Positions 29,416-47,091 are shown, counted from the first letter of the stretch. The stretch: 64,000 nt of DNA from the human T2T-CHM13v2.0 reference genome, Homo sapiens (GCF_009914755.1 NC_060927.1); one strand, 5' to 3'. Made by a program: numbers and translations. The notes: generated from the letters alone by a model not told the origin.

Positions 29416-29891
29416 CATAACATATTCACCTGCATTGAAGACCCACTCTCTGCCAGAAGAAACTTACACTTTAGGGACTCCTCTGAGGATGACCAAAAGG
29501 GAATCTTTGCAGAGACGTCAATGCTATCAACTCCTCTGAGTTCTCATAAAGAACTCAGGGAGATTATGGTTCCCAGTGCTCTTGAGCATTCCCAGGGACT
29601 CTCATCAGTGAACAAACCAATAAACACTCAGGAATAAGTAACATCAATGTATCTGTTCCTTTAAAACCTCCAGAAAAATTCTGGCATCTAATCTTTCTTA
29701 AATGAGATTGTTACCTGCTGTTTCTGCTGGAGGAGGTTTGATGGGACTTCGGAATTCAGAGTGTTTAGGTTCATCAGAACTCATGCAAATGTTTCTAATC
29801 CAGTACTCAGAAGTAAATTTTAGAACAAATATAACCTGAGATAAAGATGTCATTTAAGAATCATAACAGTGTCAATTCAATAAGACAACGA

Positions 29892-31056
29892 TTATGGACT
29901 GAATGGCTGTGTTCCCCCAAAATCATATGTTGAAATACTAACTCACAATATGATGGTATTAAGAGTTTAGGTCTTTGGGAGGTAGTTAGATCATGAGGCT
30001 GTCTCCACCTGAGTTTCAAAAGGTAGCACCAGTGCCACTGAGATCTGCAGGTGCAGGACACCTACCCTTTAAAACGATGCAGGTAGGACCATTCCCCCAG
30101 TGGGTCTAGAAGGCAGAGCATCAGGAGAAATAAAACTATTCTCAGATAAGACTTCGTAGAGTTTGACTGTGTATGTTTGGGACTTGCTTGAGACCCGTCA
30201 TTCCTTTCTTCTTTTTTATTTCTCCCTTTTGGAATGGGAATATCTATCTTATGCCTTTCACACTCCTGTATTTTGGAAGCACATAACTTGTTTGTTTTCA
30301 CAGATTCACAGCTATAAAGCAATTTAACTTTTAGATAAGTTTTACCTCAAATCTCACCTATAACTGATTTACATAATATTTAGATGAGACTTTGGCCTTT
30401 GTATTTTAGAGTTGTTGATGGAAAGAGTTAAGTGTTTCAGGGCTATTGGGATAAAATGATTGTATTTTGCATTTGAGAAAAACATGTATTTGGTGAGCTA
30501 GGAGAAGAATTTTATTGACTACATGTTTGTATTCTCCTAAAATTAATATGTTGAAAACTGCTCTCCTTCTCTTTCTCTCTGCTGTCTGTCATTTGATGAG
30601 GCAAAAAGAAAACAGCCAACTGCAAATTAGGAAGTGAGTTTTCACCAGACAGCAGGTCTCTGGGCACCTTGATATTGAGCATCCCAGTCTTCACAATTAT
30701 GAGAAGTAAATACTTGTTGTTTAAGCCACACAGTCTATAATGTAGATTTACAGGCTGTACAATATTCAGTATTTTCATGTGCACTAATATACTAAGGTAG
30801 TTCACACTCTGGGCTACAAACAAGTGTAAATTCATTTTAGAGGTGTATGTTACACAAAGTATGTAATTTGACAACAATGTTATTAAAGTGGAAATCAAAA
30901 AATATAAAGATTTCTGGAAATACTCGAATCTCTCGAAACTAAACCTTAGTATTAGGTATCCCAGTCTCCAGAATTATGAGAAATAAATACTTGTTTTTTT
31001 TTAAGCCACACAGTCTATGGTATATTTGTTATAGCATCCCAAACTGACTGAAACAA
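29892..31056 (+). mobile_element. Deleted MaLR provirus (MLT1A/MSTD-like): 5' LTR start, internal 3' end, 3' LTR
   Basis: LTR start tatggactgaat..cccccaaaatcatatgttgaaa. Internal ttggaatgggaatatctat...gatgagactttgg. A second LTR from ~30510 ends ttgttatagcatcccaaactgactgaaaca. Confidence 0.82.
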
Positions 31057-31059
31057 GTA

Positions 31060-32240
31060 TAAACAAAATTTCTAAATAATCAGGTACCTAATAAAAGTAT
31101 TTCAAAATAAATGGAACAAAAACTGACATGTGAAAAACAAAATTAGGCAAATTCTTAAAGATTGGATGTTTCAGCACTTCACTCTCAATAATTAATAGAA
31201 TGTTAGACAGAAACTCTATGTATGAAACACTTGAACTTGACCTAAATTACATTTATAAAACATTTTACTGAAAAGTAGTACAATATTCAGTATTTTCAGG
31301 TGCACTTATCACACTCTGAGCTACGAACAAGTGTAAATTCATTTTAAGGGTTGAATAATATACAAAGTATATTCTTTGAAAGCAATATTATTAAAATGGA
31401 GATCAAAAAATATAAAGATACCTTGAAATGCTGTAATCCCTTGAAACTAAACTGCATACTTTCAAATAACTGATAGGCCAAAGGAAAAATCAAGAAAAAA
31501 AATTAGACAGCATTTTGAAGATAACAAAATAAAAATACAGATGTCAAAAGTTGTGTTTTAAGGTATGTAAGGCAGTTCTTAAGAGAAAATTGATAGCACT
31601 AAATGTTTATATTGAAAAAGAAAGAAGACCTTGAATCAATGTCATCTTCCACTGTAATAATTTTTAAAAAAGAGCAAGTTACAAAAAAGCAGAAGAAGAG
31701 AAAGAATACAGAAATTTAATTACACCATAAGCTGTTTTTTTAAATAAAGTTAATAAAATTGATAAAACCCTAGTGGCAAGGATCAGGCAAAAAGGCTACA
31801 GAAGATATAAATTACCAATGTCAAGAATGAAAGAGGGGACATCAATACTGCTCCTACAGATATTAGGAAAAAAATAAGTTAATATTATGAACAACTTTAT
31901 GCTAATATATTTGATTTTAAAAGAAATGCATGTTTTTGAAAGATATAAACTTCCAACACTTACTTGATAAGAAATAGATGACTCAAATATCCATATACCT
32001 ATTAAGTAAATTAAATTTGAGGTTAAACACAAATTTATCAAATTTCCACAAATAAAAGTCAAGACTCAGATGGCTTCACTGATGATTTCTACCAAAGATT
32101 TAAAGAAGAAATAATACTTCACAGAGAATTCTATAAAGTTGAGTTATATGAGGCCAACATCACCCTGAAATATAAATGAGATATAGATATTAAATTAATA
32201 TTATAAACTAATATCTCACATGAGCATGGATATAAATATA
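31060..32240 (+). mobile_element. Old L1M ORF2 (EN to linker) fragment
   Basis: cactctcaataattaatagaa..agacagaa; aataaaattgataaaaccctag; cagatggcttcactgatgatttctaccaaa. Confidence 0.8.
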
Positions 32241-32513
32241 AAGAATGTGTGGGTGGTTAGAGGAAGATATGTTCATTGAGATACCTAAGCATGGTTAGAG
32301 AAATTGCAGCCCTGTCAACTGCTGTACCAGAAATTATAAGAATTTAAGAAATCTGTAACTGACAATGGGATCAATAATTTTATAATTACATGGAAAACAG
32401 TTTAGAAACCATCGAAGTAAAATGCAGACATATATTTCTTGTTCTTGAGTCAGTGTTTTTTTCAAAAAGACAGGCAACCTAGTATCCACTTAACACCCAC
32501 TAGTAATAATTAC

Positions 32514-32972
32514 TGTCTTAATCCAGGTCCTCTGGTTAGCAGATGCCAAGACTTGATTAATATGCATGAGTTTGTATTATGAGAGAACATGTGAAAGAAA
32601 TAGGTAGAAAGGAGCTTGAAGAGTAGGCATCTCACCATGCAAGTCTGACCCTGAATAAAGAATAGAGCGAAGGAGATGGATGGGTGGAAGAGAGTTAAAT
32701 ATTCATACTGTCTACGGAAATTTTAACGAGGTCATCAGGGATTTCTCAACCAGAGGTCGCTCAGCAGATGAAACCTGTGCCTCCAAGGAATGGACTTGCC
32801 CTAGGACACAAGCTATAAGCTATAACCAGCCATCTGCCAGAAGCAGTTGAAGAGGAAATGTGTTCTCAGTGAAGGAGTGAACATAGATTTCAGACTACAG
32901 AAACTGAAGTGCTTGATAAATTATGTTCCCTGTGGTTGGAAATCTATGGCATGCATTTTTATAACTACCATA
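32514..32972 (-). mobile_element. LTR16A-like 3' LTR of an ERVL provirus
   Basis: tgtcttaatccaggtcctc..agcagatgccaagac...gcaagtctgaccc...caaggaatggacttgccc, with a degenerate polypurine tract adjacent at ~32973-32990. Confidence 0.8.
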
Positions 32973-33250
32973 GTTCACCATTTGTGCTGTGCAAATATAA
33001 ATTTATTATAGATTTGGGGAGCAAATTCTCCATGGTTCCTGTGGGTCTTTCCTCCCAGTGTGAAACTCAGGAGGAGTTGGTAGGATGAACTTCAAACTCT
33101 GTTGCTACACTTGATCATCAGACCATAACCGATTCTCTTCTTTCTCTATTTTAAATTTCCCTATTGATTTTACATTTTTCTCATGCTCTCTTGGGTGTCT
33201 TGGTGGCTTACCTGTTTTGTGATCTTTACCTTTATTCCTGAATTATCTGA

Positions 33251-33588
<338 letters not shown>

Positions 33589-34754
33589 GATAATGATATC
33601 CTTCTTAATCTTAAGTTGCTACCTGTCCTTTTTTCACACTTACACTGGTGGAAGAAATACTAGTGGGTGCTTACATAAATCACCTGAGTTCCATGTACAT
33701 TCTCCCTGCCTCCTGCTGATTAGGGTCAAATACCTCACCGATATAGTATTCTTGGCTTTATATGCGTAAGAAATCCTGTTAGACTATGAAAGCACCTCTA
33801 TCTTGTATTCCATGGTACCCTTAGTTTTCTTCCCTAGTAAAAGTTTATCCTTTTTGGAGATCAGAAATTCCAAACCTGTGCATTCCAGAGTTTTGTGGAC
33901 AAGAAATACAATATTCTTCATTGGGTCAATGGAAGTAATATTAAGTGGAACTATTCCTGTTGAATCCTTTGGTTCCCAGATTCATAATCTTGCTATGACG
34001 TAGCACAATATAGAATTGCCTTATTCAATACATACACTACACCCTAAAAGGTAACCTCATTGTTTTATCCTGTTTCTTCTGAGTTGTGTTTCCTCTACAC
34101 ATATAAAAGGCTGTTAGAGTTTCAAAGAGGTTCTTTGCCTCTAGATGATATACTAAGGTAATATGACCAGTAAATATTATGGCCATAGGTTTACTACCAC
34201 TTTATTTGATGTAAAGTGGTTTCCTTGGCTGGGTATTTTGTAGTATGGAATTCCATACCTGGAGATCAGGCATTTGGTAAGCCCCTGGAAAACGATGGTA
34301 ACTGAGGGCCTTCAGGCAGAAAGGGTAAACCAACATCCACATAAAAATAAAACCCTGGTGAGTGGAAGGAGTCAATTTCATCAGCTTGCTTGCAAGTGGC
34401 TTATTCTTCTTGAGGAACAGTACTGGATCAGGGCCTCAATGCTAATCTCTGCTGATGAGGAGTTGGGCATTAAGAGGTAACAATAGCTAAATCAGCCTTC
34501 TATTTGGTAAATGGAAGTCCATTTAGTTGGGCATCTTTCTCTGCCACAATGGTCATCACATTCATTTGGTCACTATGCCTGTTCTAAGGAAGTCAGTGAT
34601 GAAGGTTGATTAACCTCCACTGGCCCAATCATTTTTTCTATTTACCTATCTACTTGCTTCTCCTGTAAAGAATGCTTTCTGTTGGGCACTAATACATAAA
34701 AATCTTATTTTTTTTCCACTTCCATATGTCCATTGACACGACCACTTCAGATCT

Positions 34755-35070
34755 TGTGATGGTTAATATTAAGTGTTAACTGAACTCCATTGAGGGATGC
34801 CTAGATGGCTGATAAACTATTGTTTCTGGATGTGTCTCCAGAGGAAACTGATGTGTGTGAGTCAGTGGACTGGGAGAGGAGGACCCACTCTCAATGTGTG
34901 TGGGCACCATCCAATCAGCTGTCCACATGCACAGCTAGAACAAAGCAAGTGAAAAATGATCATTCAGTTTGTTGTGTTACCTGGCTTTCTCTCTGCTGAA
35001 TTGTCTCATTCCCCATCTTGCAGAGAGCCTATCATGAGACTTCACTTTTGTAATTGTGTATATACATGCA

Positions 35071-35106
<36 letters not shown>

Positions 35107-35151
35107 ACCCTCCTATTGGTTATGTCCCTCTGGAGATCCCTGACTAATACA
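34755..35151 (+). mobile_element. MLT2 (MLT2A/B-like) solo LTR containing a (CA)n tract at ~35068-35106
   Basis: Ends tgtgatggttaata...ccctgactaataca. 5-bp TSD gatct / gacct. Confidence 0.92.
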
Positions 35152-35484
35152 GACCTCCTTATTTCCAGTATTCCAATCCCTCCCTTGCCAGACTCCTGAG
35201 TAAAGGTCCAGCCATTAGTCACTGCCAAGCAATCTGTCTGTATTCTCACACTTGGACACATCCTTCTAAACCAAGAGGAAGACCAGGTAGAATGCTCACA
35301 GCTATACCCACTTGAAAGATTTTTGTTTCCCATTAACTTTCAGAGTCATATCTGAAGGAGGCTGTAATGTTAATTGCCATCCATTTTAAGCTTGCATGTA
35401 CTTGGGATTATTCATTCATAAACCAACTTTTGGCTTTCTCCACCTGTTTCAGCTGGTTGTAGAGGATCTCCTCCTATTGCCTGA

Positions 35485-35586
35485 GGTACATTTGCAAGAT
35501 CCTATTTCCAAATAAGGTTGCATTTACAGGAACCAGAGTTTGGACTTCAATATATCTTCTTGAAGAAACAATACAATCCACAACAT
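35485..35586 (-). mobile_element. MLT1 LTR fragment
   Basis: cctatttccaaataaggt..cattt...tacaatccacaaca. Confidence 0.7.
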
Positions 35587-36093
35587 TTGGTGTCCCATAT
35601 TCAACTGTGCTGCCTCTACAAGTTCTACTAAGAGCTGTTTCTTATTCTTTTTCCTTTCTTTCATTCTTCATGTTTTTTTGTAAAAGTTTTATTGAGAAAT
35701 AAGTCACATAATATATATTTCACTCATTTAAATAATACAATTCAGTGGTTTTTAGTGCATTCATTGAGTTGTGCGACCATCACCACAATCAATCAATATT
35801 CATCACCTCCAAAAAGAAACCCAAACCACTTAGCAGTCATTCCTCATCACTCCCTCATATACCACAAACCTATTCAATCATTGTCTCCATAAATTTCCAT
35901 GTTCTAGACATTTCATATGAATTGAATCATATTATATGTGCTCATTTATAAATGGCTTCTTTTACTTATCATAACATTGTCAAGGTTCATCCATGTTGTA
36001 GCATGCATGTTAAAAGTCTTGTAAGTGGTTATTAGCTACTGCTGTATATCTTCTTTGGAGAAATGTCTATTCAGGTTGTTCGCCCAGTTTTAA

Positions 36094-36408
<315 letters not shown>

Positions 36409-37150
36409 AGGTTTTTGTCTTTTTATTACTAAGTTGAGAGAATATTAATAGGTTCTAGATACAAGTTCTTTAAGATGTATGATAGGCTAACATCTTCTAT
36501 TATGTGTTTTGTCTCTTCATTTTATTTATTTTTTTTCTTTGGAAGCACAGGTTTATATTTTGATTAAACCCAACTTATCTACTTTTTCCTTTATTGTATG
36601 TGCCTTTTAACGTCCCATCTTAAAAACTGCAGTCCAATATAAGGTGATATAGATTCACCCCTAGATTTTTCTCTAGTATTTTCATAGTTTTGTATCCTAT
36701 ACTTGGCCTTTTGTTCCATTTTTAGTAAATTTTTGCACATGGTGAGAAGTAGGGGTTCAATTGCATTATTTTACAGTTAGATATACAGTCGTCCCAGCAG
36801 CATCTGTTGAAAAACTTTTCCTTCTTCACTGAAATGTTTTGATTTCTTTGCTGAATATCAGTTAACCATAAATGTATGTCTTTATTTCTGGACTGCAAAT
36901 TCTATTCCATTCATCTACAGGTCTACCTTAATGACAGTATAACACTGTCTCGATTACTGTAGCTTTGAAATTGGGAGATGTGAGTTTCCCAAATTTATTC
37001 CTCTTTTAAAATTTTTTTTGAAATTCTGAGTCTCTTGAGTTTAATATTTCATGTTAATTTTAGGATCAGTATGTCAATTTCTGCAAAAATCCAACTAGGA
37101 TTTTATAGAGATTGTGGTGAATCTATAGGTCAATTTAAAAAGTGTTCCTG

Positions 37151-37445
<295 letters not shown>

Positions 37446-38048
37446 CGTATTCTTATCGTAACAATAATAAGTCAACAAACATAGGCTATGCAAACGTGGG
37501 ATGTCTTTCCACGCATGCAGTTCTTTTTCAATGTGTTAATTTCTTTGAATTAAGTTTTGTAGCACCCAGTGTATAAGAATTACACTCATTTTATTAAATT
37601 TATTCTAAATATTTTATGATTTTTTGAAACATGTAAAAGGAATTATTTTCTTAATTTGACTTTTGGATCATTGATCGTAGGTGTATTCATAAGAATACAA
37701 TCAACATTTTGATAATCGGTCTTGTATGAGGCAACCTTGGTGAAATTATTTATATAGTCTAATAATGTATTTGTTGATTAATTAGGATTTTCTCTATATA
37801 AGATTATGCCATCTGCTAATAGAAATATGATTATTTATTAATTTCAATTGTAGATGGTTTTTATTTATTTTTCTTACCTAATTCTCCTGCTAGAACATGT
37901 AGTAGAAAGTTGAATAGAAGTGGTGTCCTCATCTGAGGGAGAAAGCATTTATGTTTTCCACATTCAACATGATGTTAGTTGTGGGTCATTTGTAGAGGCC
38001 TTTATCAGATGGAGGTAGTTCTCTTCTACTTTTAGTTCATTGAGTGAC

Positions 38049-38347
<299 letters not shown>

Positions 38348-38821
38348 AGAAACCATCACTTAAACGGTATAAGTCTCTGCTCTGAATGGCAGAAACTTGT
38401 TCTAGAATATCCGACACTGTGATATTTCCACTGAAACTTGCCGTAATGTCCATTCTGAGTCTTCTCTCATCACAGACACATCAAACCTCATGTGGTCTGC
38501 TAGATCACATGGCTCAAGTTGCAGGGCTAACTGTAGCACAACCTTGACTTGCTGTGGTGTCATTTTCTTCTCTGGATCCCAGTCAAAGCAGGCAGACTTC
38601 ACCCAGTAGAGGATGAAGCGCTATTTCTGGGATTTGAAATATGTTTGTTCTAGAACTTGAAAAGGCCTATCCATCAGATATTAGGTGTGTGGTTAGGGTT
38701 GGCGGGGTTGGGTAAGTGTTAGTAGACGCAAGATGAGGCAAGTTGTTTTTAACTTTGTGAAGGATGTCCCAGCAACCCCTAACCACTGGGAACCTAAAAA
38801 TTCATTACAATGTCCAGTCTC

Positions 38822-39391
38822 TGTGAGGTAGGTTAGATAGGGTGGTCATAGCCTTCCTTGACAAGAAACAAGAAACTTATCAATTGATGAAGAGAACAAA
38901 CCACCAGACAGTGCGCAGACAGCATCCTGGCTCAAGGTTAGAACATCCTGCAGAAAGGAGGTAGGGGAGCAAAAGGGAAAATCCCCAAATTTGCGCAAGC
39001 ACAGAAACCCATGATTAGTGTCCTTGGGCTGACCTATGCTTATTATAATAGTAAAAACACAACCCGGTGTGGAGATTTAAAATATTAATGAGACATGTGA
39101 TGTATGTACTAGCATGCACAGTCACTGCACATGCAGGCCTAAGAAATCACCCATAACATACTTAATAGCAACACTCCTTTCCACCTCTTTATGAATAACC
39201 ATATAAATCTCCCATAAAGGGAAATCCGTCAGCATCAGATGGGGCTGCCTCACCTTTAAGCATCCTACTCTGATCAGCTGTGAGTGTATTTTTGGTTTAC
39301 AATAAACTCTCTTGCTTACTTTTACTTTGGACTCACGCTCAAATTCTTTTGTGCGGTGAAGTTAAGAACCTAAATCAGCCCACTGGCTACA
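38822..39391 (+). mobile_element. ERV1-class solo LTR (family not resolved)
   Basis: TG...CA ends, AATAAA near 39301, and a U5-like ctcaaattcttttgtgcggtgaagttaagaacc. It interrupts ERVL pol. TSD-like tctc / tctt. Confidence 0.8.
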
Positions 39392-39483
39392 TCTTGACCT
39401 ACAAAAGGTTTGTCTCCCACACTTGGGAACACATATGTTAAGAATACCGAGTGTACTAACCACTTCTTGCTCATTGTAGCAGA

Positions 39484-40700
<1,217 letters not shown>

Positions 40701-41670
40701 ACCAAACATCATCTCCTTTTTGGTATAAACCAAACATCAAGTCTTTAAAATAATGAATCAGTGTAATGTTCTATAGGATATCCAGAAGTCTAGATCTCTA
40801 CTGCATATTATAATGCAGAATAGGACAGTTGATATAACCCCAATGCAAAACTTTAAATAAAATATTGAATCCATTTTCGGTTAAAAAAACTATTTTTGAT
40901 CCTCCGTTGTAATGGAGTGAAAAATAATACATTTTCTAAATCAATGTCAAATGACTAATCATGGGTGTTATTAATCTGCTGTGGTAAAGATATTACATCT
41001 GGCACAGCAGTTGTGATCAAAGCTACTACTCATTTAATATTATGGTAAGCTAACATAATTCTCCAGAAGGCATCTGGTATCTGTGGTTAGCACTACCTTC
41101 CCTTATTCCCAGTGAGTATACTATATTGTTTTTAGTTTATTGACCGGCAGTGGTGGATGATATTTTAAGAGGTTTCCTTTTGTCTTTCTTCTCTATGATA
41201 ACTCCTCCAATACAGATCAGTGAGTAACTTACTCCTAATTTCAAGTACATTACTTCAAATTAGGTACTTACTCACAGAGTAAATGACCACTGAATAAGCC
41301 CACAGAATCTGTGAACATATTGTAAGTCAAACTTTAGCAAAGATTCCATTTATTATCCAGCCTCTGTAGGCCCCTATCTTAACAAGTGGGCCAAAATTTT
41401 TTGTGTATCAAAGTAAACTTATTAGTCCTAGAAATGTTAGGCTTTTGAGATATTTCTCCCAGTGGACAGTAATCTTAGTAAACAGTTTTAGGTCCTTTTC
41501 CAGAAAGACTCTGGGAACCATCCTGGTATAACTTACCATAGTTTTGTAACATTACATGTGTTACAAAAGGGGACTTTCTCTTGGGGACTTGGCCAGCACT
41601 TCAGGCAATGGGTTCTAATTTCAGATTTAGATCTGAAATTTGGCTCATATTAGGGAACTGGAAAAGGGAT

Positions 41671-42124
41671 TGTTGGGAAACAATTTCCTATAGGTCTCTC
41701 ATGTTTTTATATACTTTCTGAAGAAAAGCACTGTCTATCCTTTGTATTAAGCTGTCTTTCAAATGATTTTCCTACAACAGCATTTAAAAATAGGAATCAT
41801 TTATCCTGTCATATCAAAGGATTGATATGTATATTACCTATTATTTTAAAATGTAGGTTTCCTAAACACAGATTCCTCTCCTGTAATGCGCTGTGTGTGC
41901 AGGTATCACTTAGTCTATTTGCTGACACCCTATGCAAATTGAGACTTGAGGAACTGACCAAAAAAGCTGTTACTCTGACTATTCCTGTTGCTGTGACCAA
42001 TAAACTATCCCTCATCTTTAACTCATAAATATTGTGCCTTCTACTGGCTTGTACATAACAGTGGCAAGATAACTTGGTATCTTGCAAGTAGGGTAAAATA
42101 TCACACTCTTCACAGTTTCTAACA
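41671..42124 (+). mobile_element. LTR40-like solo LTR (ERVL)
   Basis: tgttggga.acaatt.c.ctataggtctctc...aataaa...cttgcaagtagggtaaaat...ttcacagtttctaaca. Confidence 0.8.
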
Positions 42125-42309
42125 AGGTTTGTAACCTTAATACTGGTACAACTACTCACATTCTCTAGTTATTTTATTGGTTTTTTTTTCTTTTTAAATT
42201 TAGAGGTTAAGCAGCCACTTCTATTGGCTGCCTATCTAACACTTGGGATGTACATTCTGGAGTGGTTTGAAAATACGAGGTAAGATAGAAATTTGGACCT
42301 GGTCCACCA

Positions 42310-42450
42310 AATTTCTCACTTGCAAATTAGATAATATATTAGTGTCTAATTCATAATGGTTTGTATGCATTGAATAATGTATTATATGCAAACAATTGAT
42401 ACTAGTATATGGCATTTATGAGGGAATCAATATATTATAATCATCGTTAC
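42310..42450 (+). mobile_element. MIR 3' fragment
   Basis: tttctcacttgcaaattagataat...tcataatggtttgtatgcattgaataa...tatgcaaa. Confidence 0.5.
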
Positions 42451-43568
42451 CTGTTTACACATATAAAAACTGAAAGTATTAAGTTACTTAAGAAAAAATT
42501 CTTTCAGGCACAATCCTAGGTGTGACCAGCTCCAAAACTGTGAAGTAACTGAAAGAAAAACATATTTTATGTCATGCAAATATTACCCAGCACATTAAGG
42601 TTGGTCCATAACTGTTGATGCTCCCTTTTTTATATAGTACATACACATGTTAAAAAAATTTTAAGAGAATGTGAGAATTTTATCTTATAGGGTAAAAGCA
42701 GAATGATCTTAATCAAAGCTCCATGACTAAATGTGCAGTAACAATTTATATTCTTTATATTTTGAATAATTATCATCAGAATAAAGACTAATGAAAAGTT
42801 TTATTAAGATCCAATTGACCTATAATTTTATGAACAAAGCTCTAATTCTGAGATTCAACAGTATTTAAAACAATAAAATATCTTGTCTAATTTAACTTAC
42901 TAATATAAATATGACTAGATATATGGGTGACTTGATGGGAAATTTATTTTCATTTTTTCATTTTATTTCTGTCATTCAAAGATAAACTGCATTATTCATA
43001 TATAAAGACATTAGGGCTTCATTAAGGATAACACACTAGATTAAAAAAAAAGAAGTAAAAGAAAAGCAGATGGATACATTAACTAGTAGACATTCAGTGC
43101 ATTCTTCCATCTGAGATTTTTTTTCCTCAACATTATTGATTTTTGCCCAGAGATAAACCCAGTCACCATGAGTGATAAACGATCACCAAATCCCATTGAC
43201 TTTTTTCTCTTTTTGCTGCAGTTTTTGTCAGGTCAATGAATTATCTTTGGCTTATGCTTTGTTCTCTAAGGCGTAAATCAAGATTTAAAAAAAAAGTTGA
43301 ATCCTTATAAGTTTGAAGGGATAAAGCCAAATATAGTCTAAAGAGAATATATAAGCTTTTGTTTACTTGAAATGTCTTACTTTAATTCTTATGATGTCAG
43401 TTTAATTGATACTTATTAATGATTAGAAGATGGGTTATATTTATAAAATTTCAATTTATAAATGAACTGACAGAAAAGATTGCTTTTGTTTTCTTTATGT
43501 ACTTTAACTTCAGCAGTTGTAATTTATTAATAAAAATGATTGCTTTAATAGCAGTCAGTGAAGATTAA

Positions 43569-44638
<1,070 letters not shown>

Positions 44639-44644
44639 GGAAAA

Positions 44645-44930
44645 AATAGTAATAATAACCACAAACTTTTGTTAAATGTTTAGCTTTTGCCAGGTGCATA
44701 TTAAGCATTATCTGTCTGTCTGTGTATCTATGTATCTATCCACTTATGTATCCATCCAAAATTATTTCCTCTAACTCTAGGAAGTAGTACTATTATTATG
44801 CCTATTTCATAAAGTTGAAACCCATCATAATGAGGCCATGTAACTTGATCAACTCAACAGATCTAATATGTGCTGAGATAAAAATCTGAATCTGGGTAGT
44901 CTTATTTGGTGTCAGTAATACACTACTAAA
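44645..44930 (-). mobile_element. MIR
   Basis: Reverse MIR: tgccaggtgc...tactattattatgcctatttcata...gtaacttg...tgaatctgggtagtct. Confidence 0.7.
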
Positions 44931-45638
44931 TTATATATACTTCCTTTTTAATGGAACTGTAGAACTGTATATAATGGCTATTAAATGTATGTATAATTTT
45001 AAAATTAATGATATCTTGGTGAAGCTTTATCAAACTAGCATACTATTTAAAACATTCAAAATAAGAAAAGACACAATAAATAAGCTATTTAATCCAAAAC
45101 AATGAATGTGTGATTGTGACAAATTCAAACGGACAGTTCCAAAAAACAAGTACTTCAATGGCTTGAGATTCATTAGAGAGCCAATATGGGATTTGACTTC
45201 ATGTAAGGCTACAACTTTGTCCCTTCTCTCACCCAATAATTGTTCCCCCAACACACTAGTACATTCGTATTTTTTTGCACTGTCCTGGTAATGTTGTGTA
45301 TTCTCATTATAAGCAATATATTTGACACTGTATAATTTTAGCGCATAAAATAAGTAACTCATTAAGAAAAAGAATAACATACACTAACTTATTTTTAATT
45401 TAAAAATATATTAAATTCAATATTTTGACTTTCTTGCAAACATATTTATTCTTTCATTATCATTTCCATTAAAGGGACCAAAAATATTCCAAACACTACC
45501 TATACTATACAAAAGTTTTGTTCAATACCAGTATTTTATTAAGTACTATAAATTAAAGATAATCATATAATTATACTTCAGTATTCTGACAACCAGTGTA
45601 ACATGCATATTTAAGTTTTAATCAAAAGCAAAATAATT

Positions 45639-45942
45639 ATCCTGGGCGTGGTTGCTCATGACTGTGATCACAGAACTTTGGGAGGCCAAGGTGGTCTGAT
45701 CACCTGAGGTTGGGAGTATGGGACCAGCCTGGCTAACATGGCAAAACCCTGTCTATACTAAAAATACAAAAATTAGCCAGTGTGGTGGCGGGTGCCTGTG
45801 ATTCCAGCTACTCAGGAGACTAAGGTAGGAGAATCACTTGAACCTGGAAGGTGGAGGTTGCATTGAGTTGAGATTGTGCCACTGCACTGCAGCCTGGGCC
45901 ACAGAGTGACATTCTGTCTCAAGAAAAAAAAAAAAGAAAAAA
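45639..45942 (+). mobile_element. AluS (Sq/Sx-like)
   Basis: Full dimer with an imperfect TSD aaaagcaaaataatta / aaaagccaagataatta. Confidence 0.95.
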
Positions 45943-46249
45943 GCCAAGATAATTAAATACAATTTTAAAATCAAGTAATACATATATAACATTTTATATA
46001 TTCTCAAAACTTTACAAATAGATCCTAAGTTTCTATTTATATGCTTTCAAGCCTTATATTTGAGGGATCTCAGGCAAAGAAACAGCAACACAGGTATAAT
46101 AGGAGTGTTACTAAAAAGAAGAACAAAGAATAAAACAGAAAACACAGGTAAAAATCTTCTAAAATGTAGCAAAACTTGAAACAACATATTGAAATGTGAT
46201 GAAGTAACTCCTGGATTTATGAGGAATCTGATAGATGATTGATTTCTTC

Positions 46250-46825
46250 AAGGCATGTCACGTGCCACTTCCTTGCCTAAACCCTTACATTTTTTACCAT
46301 TGCACTTCAAACTCTTGTTCCTTACTTTAGGGTTCAAGGCCATATATGATCTGGTTTACATCTGTCCTGAACTCAGCTCTTACTTCTCTGTATTATTATC
46401 TACACTGTAGTCCCAGTGGCCTATTTCCTTGTTAAGAAAACATTAAGTTTATTTCTACCTTAGGGTCCTTATCCATGCTATTATTTTCTGAAAACATTTT
46501 TTCCGTGCATTTCTTGCATGAATGATATTTGTATCATTTCAGACTTCCTATTAAATGTCAACCACCTAGAAAGGCTTGTTCTGCACATACAGTCTTAATA
46601 CCTCCATCCATCACTATCACATTACTCTGCTTATTGTCTTTACTGACTTGTCATTTTCTGAAGTTTTAACCTTCAGTTTGTTTCCTTGTTCACTGGCTGT
46701 CTTCTCACTTCTAGAATATAAGTTTTATGAGAGTAAGGATGTTGCAGATTATATTCACTACTATACCCATAGCACTATAAACGTTGACATGACTAAATGC
46801 TTGACACATATTTATAAAATTAAGA
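46250..46825 (+). mobile_element. L2a 3' portion
   Basis: ttcaaggcc.tatatgatctgg; taccttagggtcctt; aaatgtca; ctagaatataagttttatgagagtaagga..ttcactactataccc. Confidence 0.8.
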
Positions 46826-47091
46826 AAAATAGTTCTTTAGAAATAGACTACGTTTTACTCTATTATCAATTACCTACTCTTCCACTTTCCTATGACATGA
46901 TTCTTATGAGCATGATAGCTAATGAAAATTGTCAGTTGGAATGACAAATCAATATCAAGGTTTGTGACGCTAGTGTGAGTTGATACAATAAGCAACATGA
47001 ATTGTTTGCTTTTTTTTTCACACTGATTACCTTCTTCAGTGTTGAATGACTTAAAGGAATGTTTCCCCTTTAAATTAAATCTTATGTTTAA

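Noticed and set aside
38402-38602. Pol-like peptide as a possible domesticated retroviral gene
   Set aside because: It is a short open stretch within a provirus full of stops and insertions, with a decayed RT catalytic motif.
42287-42316. Nested inverted repeat agaaatttgg...ccaaatttct
   Set aside because: The 10-bp AT-rich arms sit at an old repeat boundary and are compatible with chance or a trivial repair scar.
45030-45380. 116-aa minus ORF and overlapping 61-aa plus ORF in non-repeat DNA
   Set aside because: No recognisable domain, low-complexity hydrophobic ends and no convincing splice context. A BLASTX or PhyloCSF hit would be needed to reconsider.
46576-46944. 122-aa ORF
   Set aside because: It lies mostly in an L2 remnant and starts at a non-ATG codon.
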